Positions 1-10,123 of a stretch of DNA of 64,000 nt are shown piece by piece; position 1 is the stretch's first letter, and every line of letters begins with the position of its first letter. Below the pieces are notes generated by a model that was given only the letters and a program-made list of their open reading frames with translations, made no database searches and was not told where the DNA came from. This DNA comes from Oceanispirochaeta sp. (GTDB lineage: Bacteria > Spirochaetota > Spirochaetia > DSM-2461), in assembly GCA_963666275.2 (NCBI GenBank), contig CAXXOA010000001.1:1504001-1568000 (forward strand). Direction: 5' to 3'. The translations under genes and the position numbers were made by a program.

Positions 1-130
1 AGATTCCGTTGCGGCTGTCAATAAATTCAACCTTGCCGATAAAATCGATCATGTTTCTACCGGCGGCGGCGCTTCTCTGGAATATCTGGAGGGAAAAGCG
101 CTTCCCGGTGTTGTAGCCCTGAAAAAATAA
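1..130 (+). CDS. pgk: Phosphoglycerate kinase, C-terminal fragment (truncated by window edge)
   Basis: Frame starting at base 2 reads [42 protein letters not shown], with the [14 protein letters not shown] signature; lies directly upstream of tpiA. Confidence 0.95.
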   Translation, partial: DSVAAVNKFNLADKIDHVSTGGGASLEYLEGKALPGVVALKK

Positions 131-135
131 TGTTC

Positions 136-170
136 AATAAGCGGCGGAGCCTGGTTCCGCTGCTATTTAT
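136..170 (+). terminator. Stem-loop between pgk and tpiA (weak terminator or mRNA stabiliser)
   Basis: AGCGGCGGAG..TTCCGCTGCT hairpin followed by a short ATTTAT tail. Confidence 0.4.
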
Positions 171-209
171 GAGAAACACAAGTACTATGAGAAATCAAGG
201 AGAGTTATC

Positions 210-962
210 ATGAGAAATTATCTCATTGCCGGAAACTGGAAAATGAACAAAACCCCTTCTGAAGCGGCACAGCTGGCGAAGGAAATTAAACCGCTTGTAA
301 AAGACAGTGACTACAGAGTTATGGTTGCCCCCTCATTTGTATGCATCCCCGCAGTACTGAATGAGCTGAAAGGCAGCAATGTCCTGGTTGCTGCACAGAA
401 TATGGCAAATGTGGAAGAGGGAGCCTTTACCGGTGAAACTTCCGTACTGATGCTGAAAGATCTCGGTGTAGACGCTGTGATCCTGGGCCACTCTGAAAGA
501 CGCCATATTTATGGAGAAACCAACGAGCAGATCAACGAAAAAGTAAAACTTGCTCTTCAGCATAACCTGATGCCTGTTCTCTGTATCGGTGAACTTCTTG
601 AAGAAAGAGAAGCCGGAAAAGCGGAAGCTGTCTGTTTCGAGCAGCTTGAAAAAGGTCTTGCCGGAGTTTCTGAAAAAGAACTTGACAATGTTGTAATTGC
701 ATACGAACCTGTATGGGCTATCGGAACAGGTAAAACGGCAACTCCCGATGATGCTGATGCCATTCACGCTGCCTGCAGAAAGAAAATTGCAGAGATGTAC
801 TCTGCTGCTGCGGCTGAAAAGATTGTTATTCAGTACGGTGGTTCCATGAAACCTGATAATATCAAGGATTTAATGGCAATGGAAAATATCGATGGAGGTC
901 TGATCGGTGGTGCTTCACTGAAAGCAGACTCTTTTGCTTCTCTTGCCAATTATAATAAGTAA
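210..962 (+). CDS. tpiA: Triosephosphate isomerase
   Basis: AGNWKMN, GHSERR, AYEPVWAIGTG, YGGS and GGASL motifs; AGGAG RBS. Confidence 0.98.
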   Translation: MRNYLIAGNWKMNKTPSEAAQLAKEIKPLVKDSDYRVMVAPSFVCIPAVLNELKGSNVLVAAQNMANVEEGAFTGETSVLMLKDLGVDAVILGHSERRHIYGETNEQINEKVKLALQHNLMPVLCIGELLEEREAGKAEAVCFEQLEKGLAGVSEKELDNVVIAYEPVWAIGTGKTATPDDADAIHAACRKKIAEMYSAAAAEKIVIQYGGSMKPDNIKDLMAMENIDGGLIGGASLKADSFASLANYNK

Positions 963-1009
963 TCAACTGAGATAAGGGGTTTTTCCCCTGTTTCTCTGGG
1001 AGTTTAGGA

Positions 1010-1372
1010 ATGGGAATTATAGGTTCTTTATTGATTATCCTGTTTGTGGCAGTCTGTGTACTGCTGATACTTTTTGTACTTCTGCAGGATGATCAGGGAG
1101 AGGGACTGGGAGGCCTTTTCGGCGGATCCAGCGGATCTCCTTTCGGAGGGGCGACAAATAAGGCTCTTGTCAGAATAACTACTGTTCTGGGCAGTCTCTT
1201 TATTGTTTGCTCTCTTCTTGTGGCTTTGGTCATTAAAAGCCCCAACAGCAGCGATGTTCTGAGTGAAGCCAGACAGATCAGTGCCGAGAATAACGGCGAT
1301 CAGGAATGGTGGAACGAAGATGTTGCCAGTGAAGGAGTCGAGGGCGAAACCCTTGAGATTCCTGAGAATTAA
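1010..1372 (+). CDS. secG: Preprotein translocase subunit SecG
   Basis: Two hydrophobic helices around LLQ..GLGGLFGG; classic position after tpiA; acidic tail. Confidence 0.9.
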   Translation: MGIIGSLLIILFVAVCVLLILFVLLQDDQGEGLGGLFGGSSGSPFGGATNKALVRITTVLGSLFIVCSLLVALVIKSPNSSDVLSEARQISAENNGDQEWWNEDVASEGVEGETLEIPEN

Positions 1373-1379
1373 AAGACCG

Positions 1380-1403
1380 AATGGGAGCCTTCGCTCCCAT
1401 TTT
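1380..1403 (+). terminator. Intrinsic terminator after secG
   Basis: AATGGGAGC-CTTC-GCTCCCATT followed by T residues. Confidence 0.7.
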
Positions 1404-1455
1404 GTCTTATTTATGTTATTGTATTCAGATTGAAGCCGTCATCAGGAGCTGAATA

Positions 1456-1866
1456 ATGCGTGTAGCTGTCGTCTATTATAAAAACGGCTGTGATAAAGTA
1501 AAAAAAATTGCTGAACACCTGGCACAGGGTGTGGAATCTCAGGGGCATCAGGTTTCTCTGTTCAATATGGAGACTGATTCGGATGCCAGACTCACGATAT
1601 ATGAATATCTTATAATCGGTACTGCTCCCAATTCTCATTTCAGTAGTAAAATAAGCAGCAGAATTACCGAATTTCTTAAAAACTGCGGTAAAATCTCAGG
1701 TATAAAAAGCTATGCTTTTGTTGCCAGGAAAGGTTTTTTTGTAAATAAAGCCTTGCAGAAATTAATGAAATCCATGGAAAAAGAAGGTATGTTTCTGAAA
1801 ATTTCCGATGTAATCAGCTCTGCAGAAGAAGCTGGTGCCATTGGAAAGAAACTTCATATAAAATAG
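1456..1866 (+). CDS. Flavodoxin-fold hypothetical protein
   Basis: MRVAVVY...KKIAEHLAQG...YEYLIIGT pattern of flavodoxin-like folds, lacking the canonical S/T-x-T-G-N-T FMN loop; AGGAG RBS. Confidence 0.6.
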   Translation: MRVAVVYYKNGCDKVKKIAEHLAQGVESQGHQVSLFNMETDSDARLTIYEYLIIGTAPNSHFSSKISSRITEFLKNCGKISGIKSYAFVARKGFFVNKALQKLMKSMEKEGMFLKISDVISSAEEAGAIGKKLHIK

Positions 1867-1905
1867 ATTGTTTATAATATAAACAACAGTCTCTAAGGAA
1901 ATACT

Positions 1906-2949
1906 ATGTTTAAAAGAATCATTCTGTTTACAGTTCTTGCTCTCCTCACCATAGATCTGACCGCTCAGACTCAGATCGATAAGCCGGTGGCTATTGTAAA
2001 ACTGACTCGGACAGATGTCATTTCAAAAAAGAAACTGGATTACAATGTTTCTCTTTATGAAAATCAGACAGGCCGGGAACTGGGACTTCAGGAAAAAGAG
2101 CAGGTTCTGGAAACTCTGATAAATCAGATGCTTGTTTTTCAGGCAGCCGAAAGAGATAATGTCACTGTCAGCGATGAGCAGGTCCTTCAGGTCGGTATGA
2201 ATCAGCTTATGCAGCAGATTGGCCGGCAGGTAACGGAAAGCCAGTATAAGCAGATCATCAAAGATCAGACCGGAATGGATTACGAAATATACAAGGAAGA
2301 AATCAGAAAACAGCTGATCCTTGAAAAATATGTAACCGAAAAAAAAAGGGATTTCATAATGAGAACCTCAACTCCCTCGGCGGATGAAATCCAGCTGTTT
2401 TATCAGCAGAACGAAGCAAAATTTCTGAATCCGGAGATGGTGAGGATCAGCCATATCTTTTTTGCAACAAAAGGGCTCGATTCGACCCAGAAAGGGGAAA
2501 AGAGAGCTCAGGCCCAGCAGGTTCTGCAGCAGTTAAACAGTGGTTCCTCCAGTTTTTCCCAGTTGGTCAGAGAGTATTCGGAAGATAAGAATTCCATAGT
2601 CCGTGACGGAGATCTCGGCAGTTTTATGGACAGGGGAGAACAGAATATAGCTGTTTTCGGCAAAGATTTCATAAACGCGATTTTTGATATGACCATAGGG
2701 AATGAAATTAAACTCCTTGAGTCATCCCAGGGCTATCATATTGTAAAAGTCACCCAGCACAGAGATAAAAGATTCCTCGAGCTGGATGATCCTGTCAGTC
2801 CTGTTCAGACTCAGACTGTCCGGGAATACATAAGAAATTTTCTGGGAATGCAGAAGCAGCAGCAGGCTTTTCAGATCGCCGCCAAAGACGTGGTTGACGC
2901 TCTTATAGAGGAAGCTGATATTCAGCGTTTTCCTGATAATATTGAATAA
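1906..2949 (+). CDS. SurA-like periplasmic chaperone / parvulin PPIase
   Basis: Signal peptide, SurA N-domain (VLETLINQMLVFQAA), rotamase motifs ISHIFF, YSED..GDLG and GYHIVKV. Confidence 0.85.
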   Translation: MFKRIILFTVLALLTIDLTAQTQIDKPVAIVKLTRTDVISKKKLDYNVSLYENQTGRELGLQEKEQVLETLINQMLVFQAAERDNVTVSDEQVLQVGMNQLMQQIGRQVTESQYKQIIKDQTGMDYEIYKEEIRKQLILEKYVTEKKRDFIMRTSTPSADEIQLFYQQNEAKFLNPEMVRISHIFFATKGLDSTQKGEKRAQAQQVLQQLNSGSSSFSQLVREYSEDKNSIVRDGDLGSFMDRGEQNIAVFGKDFINAIFDMTIGNEIKLLESSQGYHIVKVTQHRDKRFLELDDPVSPVQTQTVREYIRNFLGMQKQQQAFQIAAKDVVDALIEEADIQRFPDNIE

Positions 2950-2952
2950 ATA

Positions 2953-3372
2953 ATGAAAAATCTTGGAAATAGAAGAAAGGCCCGAATACTGGCTTTTCAG
3001 GGCTTATACAGCTGGGACATCAACAGAGAAGGGGAAAAGGATCTTCTTACCTTTTCATGGGCAAAAGAGGAAGTTCCGGAAGAAATAAAGATTTTCGCGT
3101 CTCTGGTTATCAGAGGGACAATTGAAAATCTCGAAGAAATTGATGATCGCATCAGAAACAGTCTGAAAAAATGGGATTTCAACAGGCTTGAAAAAGTTAA
3201 TCTTGCCATTTTGAGAATCAGTACCTATGCTTTGATGTATCAGAAAGACATTCCTCATGGTGTTACCATTGATGAGGCCGTTGAAATAACTAAAGAGTTT
3301 GGAACCAGTGATTCCTTCCGTTTCGTAAACGGGGTCCTGGATAATATCAGCAGCATTTTAAAGAAACAGTAG
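2953..3372 (+). CDS. nusB: Transcription antitermination factor NusB
   Basis: RRKARILAFQGLY, LAILR, IDEAVEITKEFG and FVNGVLD motifs. Confidence 0.96.
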   Translation: MKNLGNRRKARILAFQGLYSWDINREGEKDLLTFSWAKEEVPEEIKIFASLVIRGTIENLEEIDDRIRNSLKKWDFNRLEKVNLAILRISTYALMYQKDIPHGVTIDEAVEITKEFGTSDSFRFVNGVLDNISSILKKQ

Positions 3373-3379
3373 GGGACCA

Positions 3380-5032
3380 GTGAAGAAGGATATCGGAAAA
3401 ATCAGACAGTTGATCGTACTGGCGCTGGTTCTTTTCATGATAGCCAGTATTCTGGGTATCTTCATCCTTTTTCAGCCGGATGATGACCGGTTTCAGTATT
3501 ATATTCATGCGGCGGATGTCTCTCTGGAAAGCAGATCCTATCGGGACATTCCGGATCTGCTGTTACGAGCTTCCCGCTATGCAGATACAAGAGAACAGTG
3601 GTACAGCCTTTTTAAAAGGTCCTATCTGGCTGCCATGGAAACCGGTGATTACCTCTCTTTTCATGAACTGATAAACCGTTCACGCAAGTTTCTCAAAGCT
3701 GGAATTGAACATGATGCTCTCTACACGGCCAGTTTGCTCTGGACAGATCAGTATGAAAAGGCTTCCGCCAGTCTCTATGCGATCAACAGGCCGGGCTATG
3801 AGACGCTGACGGCAGAGACTCTCCTGTCTTTTGAGGTATTCAGAAACTACGATATCGGCGATACAGATCCCATTTCCTATATCAAAGAAAAGATTTCCTA
3901 TCAGGAGGATCCCGATTTCTTTCAGATTATTGGGGAGCTGTCGGATAATGAAATCCTTCTCTACAATGCGGTTGTTCTTTATATGGAGGCCGGAGAGACA
4001 GAAAAGGCCGCTGCTATTCTGGATACCCTCTCCACGAACAGGATCCCTCCCTACAGTCTGGGCATCGTCTATTACGATCTGGCCCGGTATCAGAAGGCCC
4101 TGGACAATTATCTGGCACAGGATGTGGTAGATCAGATTAAGGAAAACCAGCGCTACTCCCTGAAGGAGCAGATCGGAGATCTCTATTTTCTTCTGCACAA
4201 TAAAAAAGAAGCTCTCCTTGCCTATGAGGATGCTCTGGGAAGGCATGAATCGGGCAGCTGGAAGCTTTATAGAAATATCAGCCGGCTCTATTTCAGTGAT
4301 GGATACAGCAGGAGAGCAAAACTGCTCCTTGAAAAGGGGCTGACAATTTTTCCCGATCAGATAGAACTGCTTTCTGACTATGTCAGCTATTTTGCCGATG
4401 ACTACAGTCTGATCGTTGAAAAAAAGCTGAACGATTATATAAACCGCTTTCCCGGGGATATGCAGGCAAAGCTCCTTAAAATACGATACTTCCCGGATCC
4501 TCTGAATCCAACACAGTATCAGGCCAGACTCTGGGAGTATTTCAATGAATCGGAAAACAATGAAAAAGTGACAAGATTCCTTCTCTGGTATCTGGCGGGG
4601 CTGAAAGATGCGGACAGCATAGAAATTGTACTGAAACGGTACAATTACGGTGACGAGAAACCTCATTGGTACTATTTCTATGAAGGGATTCTCGCCAGTC
4701 TGAGAAAGGATCCGGCAGGAGCTCTGAAAAAAATGGAGGAAGCCTCGGCTCTCTATCCTTCATGGATTTATGAGAGCAATAAATCAGCCCTGAATCTTAT
4801 ACTTGAAAACAGGGATGCCTCACTGATCCAGATAAACAGAGCGATCTCCCTGCTGGAAGAGGAAAACAATCTCGAAAACAGTGGCTTGCTGCTTTCTGAG
4901 CTCTATGTCAGACTGGGAGATATGTACCTTGATATGCAGGATTTTCAGAAGGCTGTAGAATCCTATACCCGGGCAGTCTCACTGGATCCCGAGAATTTCA
5001 AGGCCGAGACAAAACTCAACCGAATACAATAG
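3380..5032 (+). CDS. Membrane-anchored tetratricopeptide-repeat protein
   Basis: N-terminal TM helix; several TPR-like units (e.g. LYVRLGDMYLDMQDFQKAVESYTRAVSLDPEN). Confidence 0.75.
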   Translation: MKKDIGKIRQLIVLALVLFMIASILGIFILFQPDDDRFQYYIHAADVSLESRSYRDIPDLLLRASRYADTREQWYSLFKRSYLAAMETGDYLSFHELINRSRKFLKAGIEHDALYTASLLWTDQYEKASASLYAINRPGYETLTAETLLSFEVFRNYDIGDTDPISYIKEKISYQEDPDFFQIIGELSDNEILLYNAVVLYMEAGETEKAAAILDTLSTNRIPPYSLGIVYYDLARYQKALDNYLAQDVVDQIKENQRYSLKEQIGDLYFLLHNKKEALLAYEDALGRHESGSWKLYRNISRLYFSDGYSRRAKLLLEKGLTIFPDQIELLSDYVSYFADDYSLIVEKKLNDYINRFPGDMQAKLLKIRYFPDPLNPTQYQARLWEYFNESENNEKVTRFLLWYLAGLKDADSIEIVLKRYNYGDEKPHWYYFYEGILASLRKDPAGALKKMEEASALYPSWIYESNKSALNLILENRDASLIQINRAISLLEEENNLENSGLLLSELYVRLGDMYLDMQDFQKAVESYTRAVSLDPENFKAETKLNRIQ

Positions 5033-5046
5033 TTGAAAGGACAAGT

Positions 5047-5799
5047 ATGATTACTTTAAAGAATCCAATACAGATAGAAGGTATTCGTACCTCATGCAAA
5101 CTCCTGGCGGAGTTATTTTTGCGTATAGATGAAATTATCACCCCGGGTATTTCCACCTGGGATGTAGACCGTTTTGCCGCGGAGTTTATCAAAAAGAACG
5201 GCGGCAGAGCTGCTTTCCTGGGTTATGCAGGATTTCCCGGCTCCATCTGCGCTTCGGTGAATGATACGGTTATTCACGGTATTCCGAGCAAAAAAGAGAT
5301 TTTATCCGATGGGGACATATTCGGATGTGATATAGGGATTGAACTCAATGGTTTCTATAGCGACAGGGCCTATACCTACAAGGTCGGATCAGTCTCGGAA
5401 GAGGCCTCCCTATTATTGAAACGCACTGAAGAGAGTCTCTACAGGGCGATTGAAGCCGCCCGAGCCGGTGGAAGGATCAAGGATATAGGAAAAGCCGTAA
5501 CAGAGTACCTGAAGCCCTACGGTTATGGCATTGTTCACTCATTCTGCGGTCATGGTGTCGGTCTGGATGTGCATGAGGATCCGCAGATACCCAACAATTA
5601 TCCTTCCAGGGGCATGAATTTCCGCCTCAAGCAGGGGATGGTTCTGGCTATAGAGCCGATGATCAATCTGGGAACTGCAGAGGTGGAAGTGCTGGATGAT
5701 GACTGGACTGTGAAAACAGAGGATAACAGCCTCTCCGCACACTTTGAGCACACCATAGCTCTGACAGAGAAGGGGACGGAAATCCTAACCTCTCTCTGA
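5047..5799 (+). CDS. map: Methionine aminopeptidase type I
   Basis: SVNDTVIHGIP, GHGVG..VHEDP, AIEPM and SAHFEHT motifs. Confidence 0.97.
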   Translation: MITLKNPIQIEGIRTSCKLLAELFLRIDEIITPGISTWDVDRFAAEFIKKNGGRAAFLGYAGFPGSICASVNDTVIHGIPSKKEILSDGDIFGCDIGIELNGFYSDRAYTYKVGSVSEEASLLLKRTEESLYRAIEAARAGGRIKDIGKAVTEYLKPYGYGIVHSFCGHGVGLDVHEDPQIPNNYPSRGMNFRLKQGMVLAIEPMINLGTAEVEVLDDDWTVKTEDNSLSAHFEHTIALTEKGTEILTSL

Positions 5800-5868
5800 T
5801 TTGGTTGTAACAAAACAATTTTGAACTGGTTTCTTTGTTGAACACTTTATATAGGAGTAATTTCAGAT

Positions 5869-7362
5869 ATGAGCGATACCGGAAAAAATCATATAAGAAT
5901 ATTAATAACAGCATTCATAGGGACTGTCGCAGGATTTGCTCTCAGTCTATTCCTTTATACCTATCTTCCCAATCTGAAACCGGCTCAGCAGGTACAGGCA
6001 GCACCGAATGCCTCTGAGCTCCAGACCATGGAGAATTTTCAGAATTCTTTCAGAAAGGTCTCCGCCGAATCTCTCCCCTGGGTGGTTGAGATCGATACCG
6101 TACAGGTAACGACCAGGCAGAGTCTTCCCGGAAACGGTACTCCCTGGGAGTTTTTCTTCGGGAATCCCCAGGAAGATGATCAGGAGGAGCCGGATACGCA
6201 GGAGTATCGGAGCTCCAGTCTGGGATCCGGATTTATTGTGGAAAAGAAGAAAGATTCCTACTATGTGGTGACCAATAACCATGTTGTGGGAGGAGCACAG
6301 GAAATCCTTGTAAAGCTGGATCAGGGCGAAGAGTATGAAGCCGAACTGATCGGAACAGATGAAAGGAAAGACTTTGCCATACTGAGGATAGAAAGTCCTG
6401 ACAAGGAACTTCCCGTGGCAACTCTGGGTGATTCGGATTCTCTGTATGTGGGAGACTGGGTTCTGGCTATCGGAAGTCCCTTCGGGTACAAATCTTCCGT
6501 TACAGCCGGTATTGTCAGTGCCCTGGGAAGACAGAACGGCCCTGACGGGAACATCAATGACTTTATCCAGACCGATGCCTCTATCAATCAGGGAAACTCC
6601 GGGGGACCCCTTGTCAATATGACAGGACAGGTTGTCGGAATTAATACCTGGATTACAACCTCTACCGGCGGAAGTATAGGGCTGGGCTTCAGTATTCCCA
6701 TTAACAATGTCAAACGGACCATCCGGGATTTTATCGATAATGGAGAAGTCAAATACGGATGGCTGGGAGTCAGTATTGGTGATGTGCCTGAAATGATAGC
6801 CGAAGAGTTCGGCCTGAAGGGCCGGAAAGGAGCCTTTGTCTATCAGGTATTCACAAACTCTCCTGCCGATAAAGGAGAAATTCAGCCCGGTGATTTTATC
6901 CTCTCGGTCAACGGAATTGTGGCAACCGATAAAAATCATCTTACAAGGATGATCGGTGATATGAGACCCGGAGATGTGGCGGAGTTCGTTTTAATCCGGG
7001 ACGGCAGGCAGATGTCTCTCAAGGTAGACATTACCGAACGGGAAGCCGAAGAAGAGGTCCGGAAAATGAATAATCTGGCCTGGCCTGGGGTTTCCGCTTT
7101 CACAGTGGAGGAAGAACTTCTGGAAAGGCTGGAAATGGATAAAGATACCAAAGGTGTTTTCGTCGCCGATGTGTATCCTAAAACAGTCTTTCAGATTGCA
7201 GGTATCCAGACAGGAGATATCATCACCGGCGTCAACGGACAGAAGATAGAAAATCTTACAGATTTCTACAATCAGCTGGCTCAGGTGGGAGATGGCCGCT
7301 TCTATCTCAGTTTCCTGCGGGAAGGTATGGAGATGGAATCTCCCAAGATGAAGAAAAATTAA
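5869..7362 (+). CDS. htrA: DegP/HtrA (Do family) serine protease with two PDZ domains
   Basis: GSGFIV, TNNHVV and IQTDASINQGNSGGPL triad motifs; two C-terminal PDZ-like segments; N-terminal TM. Confidence 0.95.
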   Translation: MSDTGKNHIRILITAFIGTVAGFALSLFLYTYLPNLKPAQQVQAAPNASELQTMENFQNSFRKVSAESLPWVVEIDTVQVTTRQSLPGNGTPWEFFFGNPQEDDQEEPDTQEYRSSSLGSGFIVEKKKDSYYVVTNNHVVGGAQEILVKLDQGEEYEAELIGTDERKDFAILRIESPDKELPVATLGDSDSLYVGDWVLAIGSPFGYKSSVTAGIVSALGRQNGPDGNINDFIQTDASINQGNSGGPLVNMTGQVVGINTWITTSTGGSIGLGFSIPINNVKRTIRDFIDNGEVKYGWLGVSIGDVPEMIAEEFGLKGRKGAFVYQVFTNSPADKGEIQPGDFILSVNGIVATDKNHLTRMIGDMRPGDVAEFVLIRDGRQMSLKVDITEREAEEEVRKMNNLAWPGVSAFTVEEELLERLEMDKDTKGVFVADVYPKTVFQIAGIQTGDIITGVNGQKIENLTDFYNQLAQVGDGRFYLSFLREGMEMESPKMKKN

Positions 7363-7380
7363 ACAGTCAGTCTAGAGGGA

Positions 7381-7408
7381 AGGCTCCTCCATTGGAGGAG
7401 CTTTTTTT
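7381..7408 (+). terminator. Intrinsic terminator after htrA
   Basis: AGGCTCCTCC-ATT-GGAGGAGCTT followed by a T run. Confidence 0.8.
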
Positions 7409-7468
7409 ATGGGAAAATCCCTGTGTATCATTTATACTGAAGCAATAGTATTTAAAAAGGAGCTGATA

Positions 7469-8074
7469 ATGAGTAAACTCTTCACACCTTATGATGAAGT
7501 AAGAGATAACGCCCTGAAACTGGCGTATCAGGTATATAAGGACGGTTTTGTACCGGATGTCATCTATGTCCCCCTCCGTGGCGGAGCCTATATGGGGAAT
7601 GTTTTCAGTGAGTTTTTCAAGATCGTCCATAAAGGAAAAAGGCCTGTCTTTTATGCGGCTGTTGTCGCCCGCTCCTACAGTGACATCCATCAGCAGGAAA
7701 ATGTCATGGTTGACGGATGGACCTATGATCCCGCCTATTTGCGTAATGGTGACAAGATTATAATCATCGATGATATTTTTGACTCGGGACGTACATTGAA
7801 TCATCTGGTTTCAAAAATACTGGAGCAGGGGATTCCCCGGGAAGATATTAAATTGGTTGTGCATGACTACAAAATCCACAGCTACAGTCCTCAGCTTCCC
7901 ATAAGGCCCGATTACTTCTGCAGGCAGTTCAATATCAATAAAAAAGAAGACGATGTCTGGATCCATTATATGAGCCATGAACTGGTGGGATTGACAAAGG
8001 AAGAGCAGGAGGAGCATTTTCTGAAAAAAGATCCTTCCCTGAAAGAGATTTTTGACTTTCTGAATTCCCAGTGA
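7469..8074 (+). CDS. Type I phosphoribosyltransferase (purine salvage-like)
   Basis: PLRGG and IIIIDDIFDSGRT PRPP-binding loop. Start moved to ATG 7469 because it has an AGGAG RBS and the longer ORF starts at the edge of the upstream terminator. Confidence 0.85.
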   Translation: MSKLFTPYDEVRDNALKLAYQVYKDGFVPDVIYVPLRGGAYMGNVFSEFFKIVHKGKRPVFYAAVVARSYSDIHQQENVMVDGWTYDPAYLRNGDKIIIIDDIFDSGRTLNHLVSKILEQGIPREDIKLVVHDYKIHSYSPQLPIRPDYFCRQFNINKKEDDVWIHYMSHELVGLTKEEQEEHFLKKDPSLKEIFDFLNSQ

Positions 8075-8075
8075 T

Positions 8076-8114
8076 AAAAAAAGCCTTGAAGATTTTTCTT
8101 CAAGGCTTTTTTTT
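8076..8114. terminator. Bidirectional intrinsic terminator
   Basis: A-run-GCCTTGAAGA..TCTTCAAGGC-T-run between convergent genes. Confidence 0.85.
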
Positions 8115-8134
8115 GATTTCAAGCAATCTCAGGA

Positions 8135-9370
8135 TTATTCCTGAGACCAGTTTTCATCCTGATTGAGCCATAAGCCCTGGTTGTAGGTTGTGGCATAGAC
8201 CTTACTGTACAGAGCGTCATAATAGAAGTTCTGAATGGTTGCATCTGCAAGGTCACTGCTTTCATAGTTGTTGTCATCAGAAAACTTGTTGTCATGGATG
8301 GTCATATCATCCGTATAAATCTGGTAGTAGCCGTTTCCCTGAATAGAACTGCTGCTGGTGGGGTCTTCAAAAGCTCTTGTTCCAGCCAGGACGGAAGGCC
8401 TATCATACAAATCGGGGATTTCGACAAATGCAGAAAACTCCACGTCGTTGTCCTCACAGAAGATACTGCTCCAGGTTCCTCCGGATTTATATAGGATCGG
8501 ATGATCATCATCGTCAGCTTCTGTCCCTATAAAAAGCATGTTATAGGAAGGAGAGTAGTAAAGGCTGAGGAAATCATAGTTATCACTTACAGTCGTTTCG
8601 GCAGAGAAAGAGAAATAGCTGCTGTCTCCATCGGCTACAGCTAATATGCCATTATCCGGAGTGCTGCCGCTTGTATTGTAAATCATATAAACATCATTGG
8701 CACTAGTATCGAGAGCTATGGCAACCACAGGCATATCAAAGTCGGAACTGTCAGGAAAGGTTACCCTGTTTACAGTGGGACTATTTACAATATCAAATGC
8801 TGCGAGGGCCGCCGCTCCGGCAGGGCTGTCGGGGAAAAAGTAGAGGGAACTGTCTTCAATGGTTGAGTTTTCAGAATCATCTGTATTGTATTGAATTGCA
8901 TTGAGGTAAATACCCTTATCACCCGCTGGAAAAAGCCGGAATCTGTAAAAATCTGTGCCGGAGCTGGCATCCAGTTTATTCGTATGATAAATTTCCTCCC
9001 ATTCCTCTGAAGTTGAATTGTATCGAATTATACCGCTTCGGTAGGAAGCATCATGACTGATCACTGTGGCATAGAGTTGTCCGTTGAAAACAGCAATAGA
9101 CGGAAACGTTCTGTCACTGTCATATTTATCGGGTTGGGGATATTTGTCCCAGGTATCACTGCCGCTTTCTCTTGTGCTGTGCCATACATTTTTTCCGTTG
9201 ATGACATACTGATCGCCAAAAAGAAGAAACTGATTCAGAGTTGTTCCAGAGGATAGATTATTAGTATCCAGGATTTCCTCTTCATTTTCAAGGTTCTGGA
9301 AAATCCCGTCACCGGAGCAACCAGTCAGGACTATAGCTGTTAGTAATATAATGTTTCGGATTAATTTCAT
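8135..9370 (-). CDS. Acidic lipoprotein, possibly beta-propeller
   Basis: Lipobox LTGC after a short signal; D/S/Y-rich beta-type repeats; GAGGA RBS. Confidence 0.7.
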   Translation of the reverse strand: MKLIRNIILLTAIVLTGCSGDGIFQNLENEEEILDTNNLSSGTTLNQFLLFGDQYVINGKNVWHSTRESGSDTWDKYPQPDKYDSDRTFPSIAVFNGQLYATVISHDASYRSGIIRYNSTSEEWEEIYHTNKLDASSGTDFYRFRLFPAGDKGIYLNAIQYNTDDSENSTIEDSSLYFFPDSPAGAAALAAFDIVNSPTVNRVTFPDSSDFDMPVVAIALDTSANDVYMIYNTSGSTPDNGILAVADGDSSYFSFSAETTVSDNYDFLSLYYSPSYNMLFIGTEADDDDHPILYKSGGTWSSIFCEDNDVEFSAFVEIPDLYDRPSVLAGTRAFEDPTSSSSIQGNGYYQIYTDDMTIHDNKFSDDNNYESSDLADATIQNFYYDALYSKVYATTYNQGLWLNQDENWSQE

Positions 9371-9379
9371 ATTTTCCTC

Positions 9380-10033
9380 TTAGAAGTGATAAACCGCAGA
9401 AAGACTCATATCCATAAAATTCCCCAGTCTGTTGTAGTCCGGGTCGGATGGATAGATCTGGGGAACCCACCAGTAGGTCAGGTTGGTTCCAAAAGACCAG
9501 TCACTGCTCTGATTCCAGAAAAATCCCGCGCCGGGTTTGAAAATCATATCAACATGGAAGTCATCCAGATAGGACGTCATGCTCATTCCGGCTCCCAGAT
9601 GGACGGGGATCGTAAAAAGGTTGTTTTTCAATTGAAATTCATAGGTTCCCCTGAACATAATCGGTACCATGTAGAAATTGTTTTTGTTGGGACTTCTGGC
9701 AAACATGGCGCCGATTTCCATACCCAGAATGACATTATTATTCAGATAGGCTCCGTAATAAAGATGCCCCGTTCCCCCCATGGAAAGGTTGGTGGAAGAT
9801 ATGGCATCCTCGCCGCTTCCCGGTGAAGGATTCTGGAAAAAGAGGGGGAAAAAGAGACCTGCATTTATAGAAAAAATCTGATCTCCCATGCTATGGTACT
9901 CAATGTCAATGGTAGCATCCTCTTCGGGTTTGTCTGCATCCTGAGCTGTTAGAGAAACAGAAAAAATTGCCAGGAAGAATAAAAAGGTTGTAACTCTATT
10001 CCCTGGAATGATGTATGCTGTTTTTTTATTCAA
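9380..10033 (-). CDS. TP0733-family small outer-membrane beta-barrel
   Basis: Signal peptide, GDQIFSINAGLFFPLFF and YWWVPQ motifs, C-terminal aromatic (AVYHF). Confidence 0.75.
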   Translation of the reverse strand: MNKKTAYIIPGNRVTTFLFFLAIFSVSLTAQDADKPEEDATIDIEYHSMGDQIFSINAGLFFPLFFQNPSPGSGEDAISSTNLSMGGTGHLYYGAYLNNNVILGMEIGAMFARSPNKNNFYMVPIMFRGTYEFQLKNNLFTIPVHLGAGMSMTSYLDDFHVDMIFKPGAGFFWNQSSDWSFGTNLTYWWVPQIYPSDPDYNRLGNFMDMSLSAVYHF

Positions 10034-10123
10034 GTTGATTCCTCATTCTCGAAAGATATGTGATAATACCATAGTAACAACAAAGCTTCAACGACGTTAC
10101 AAAGCGACTGAAAGGACATTTGA

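Noticed and set aside
3680..6939. Long antisense ORFs (3680-4666, 5947-6939; likewise 21791-22744, 48289-49122, 51548-52348)
   Set aside because: They lie opposite coherent genes, have no recognisable motifs, and are explained by codon bias on the sense strand.
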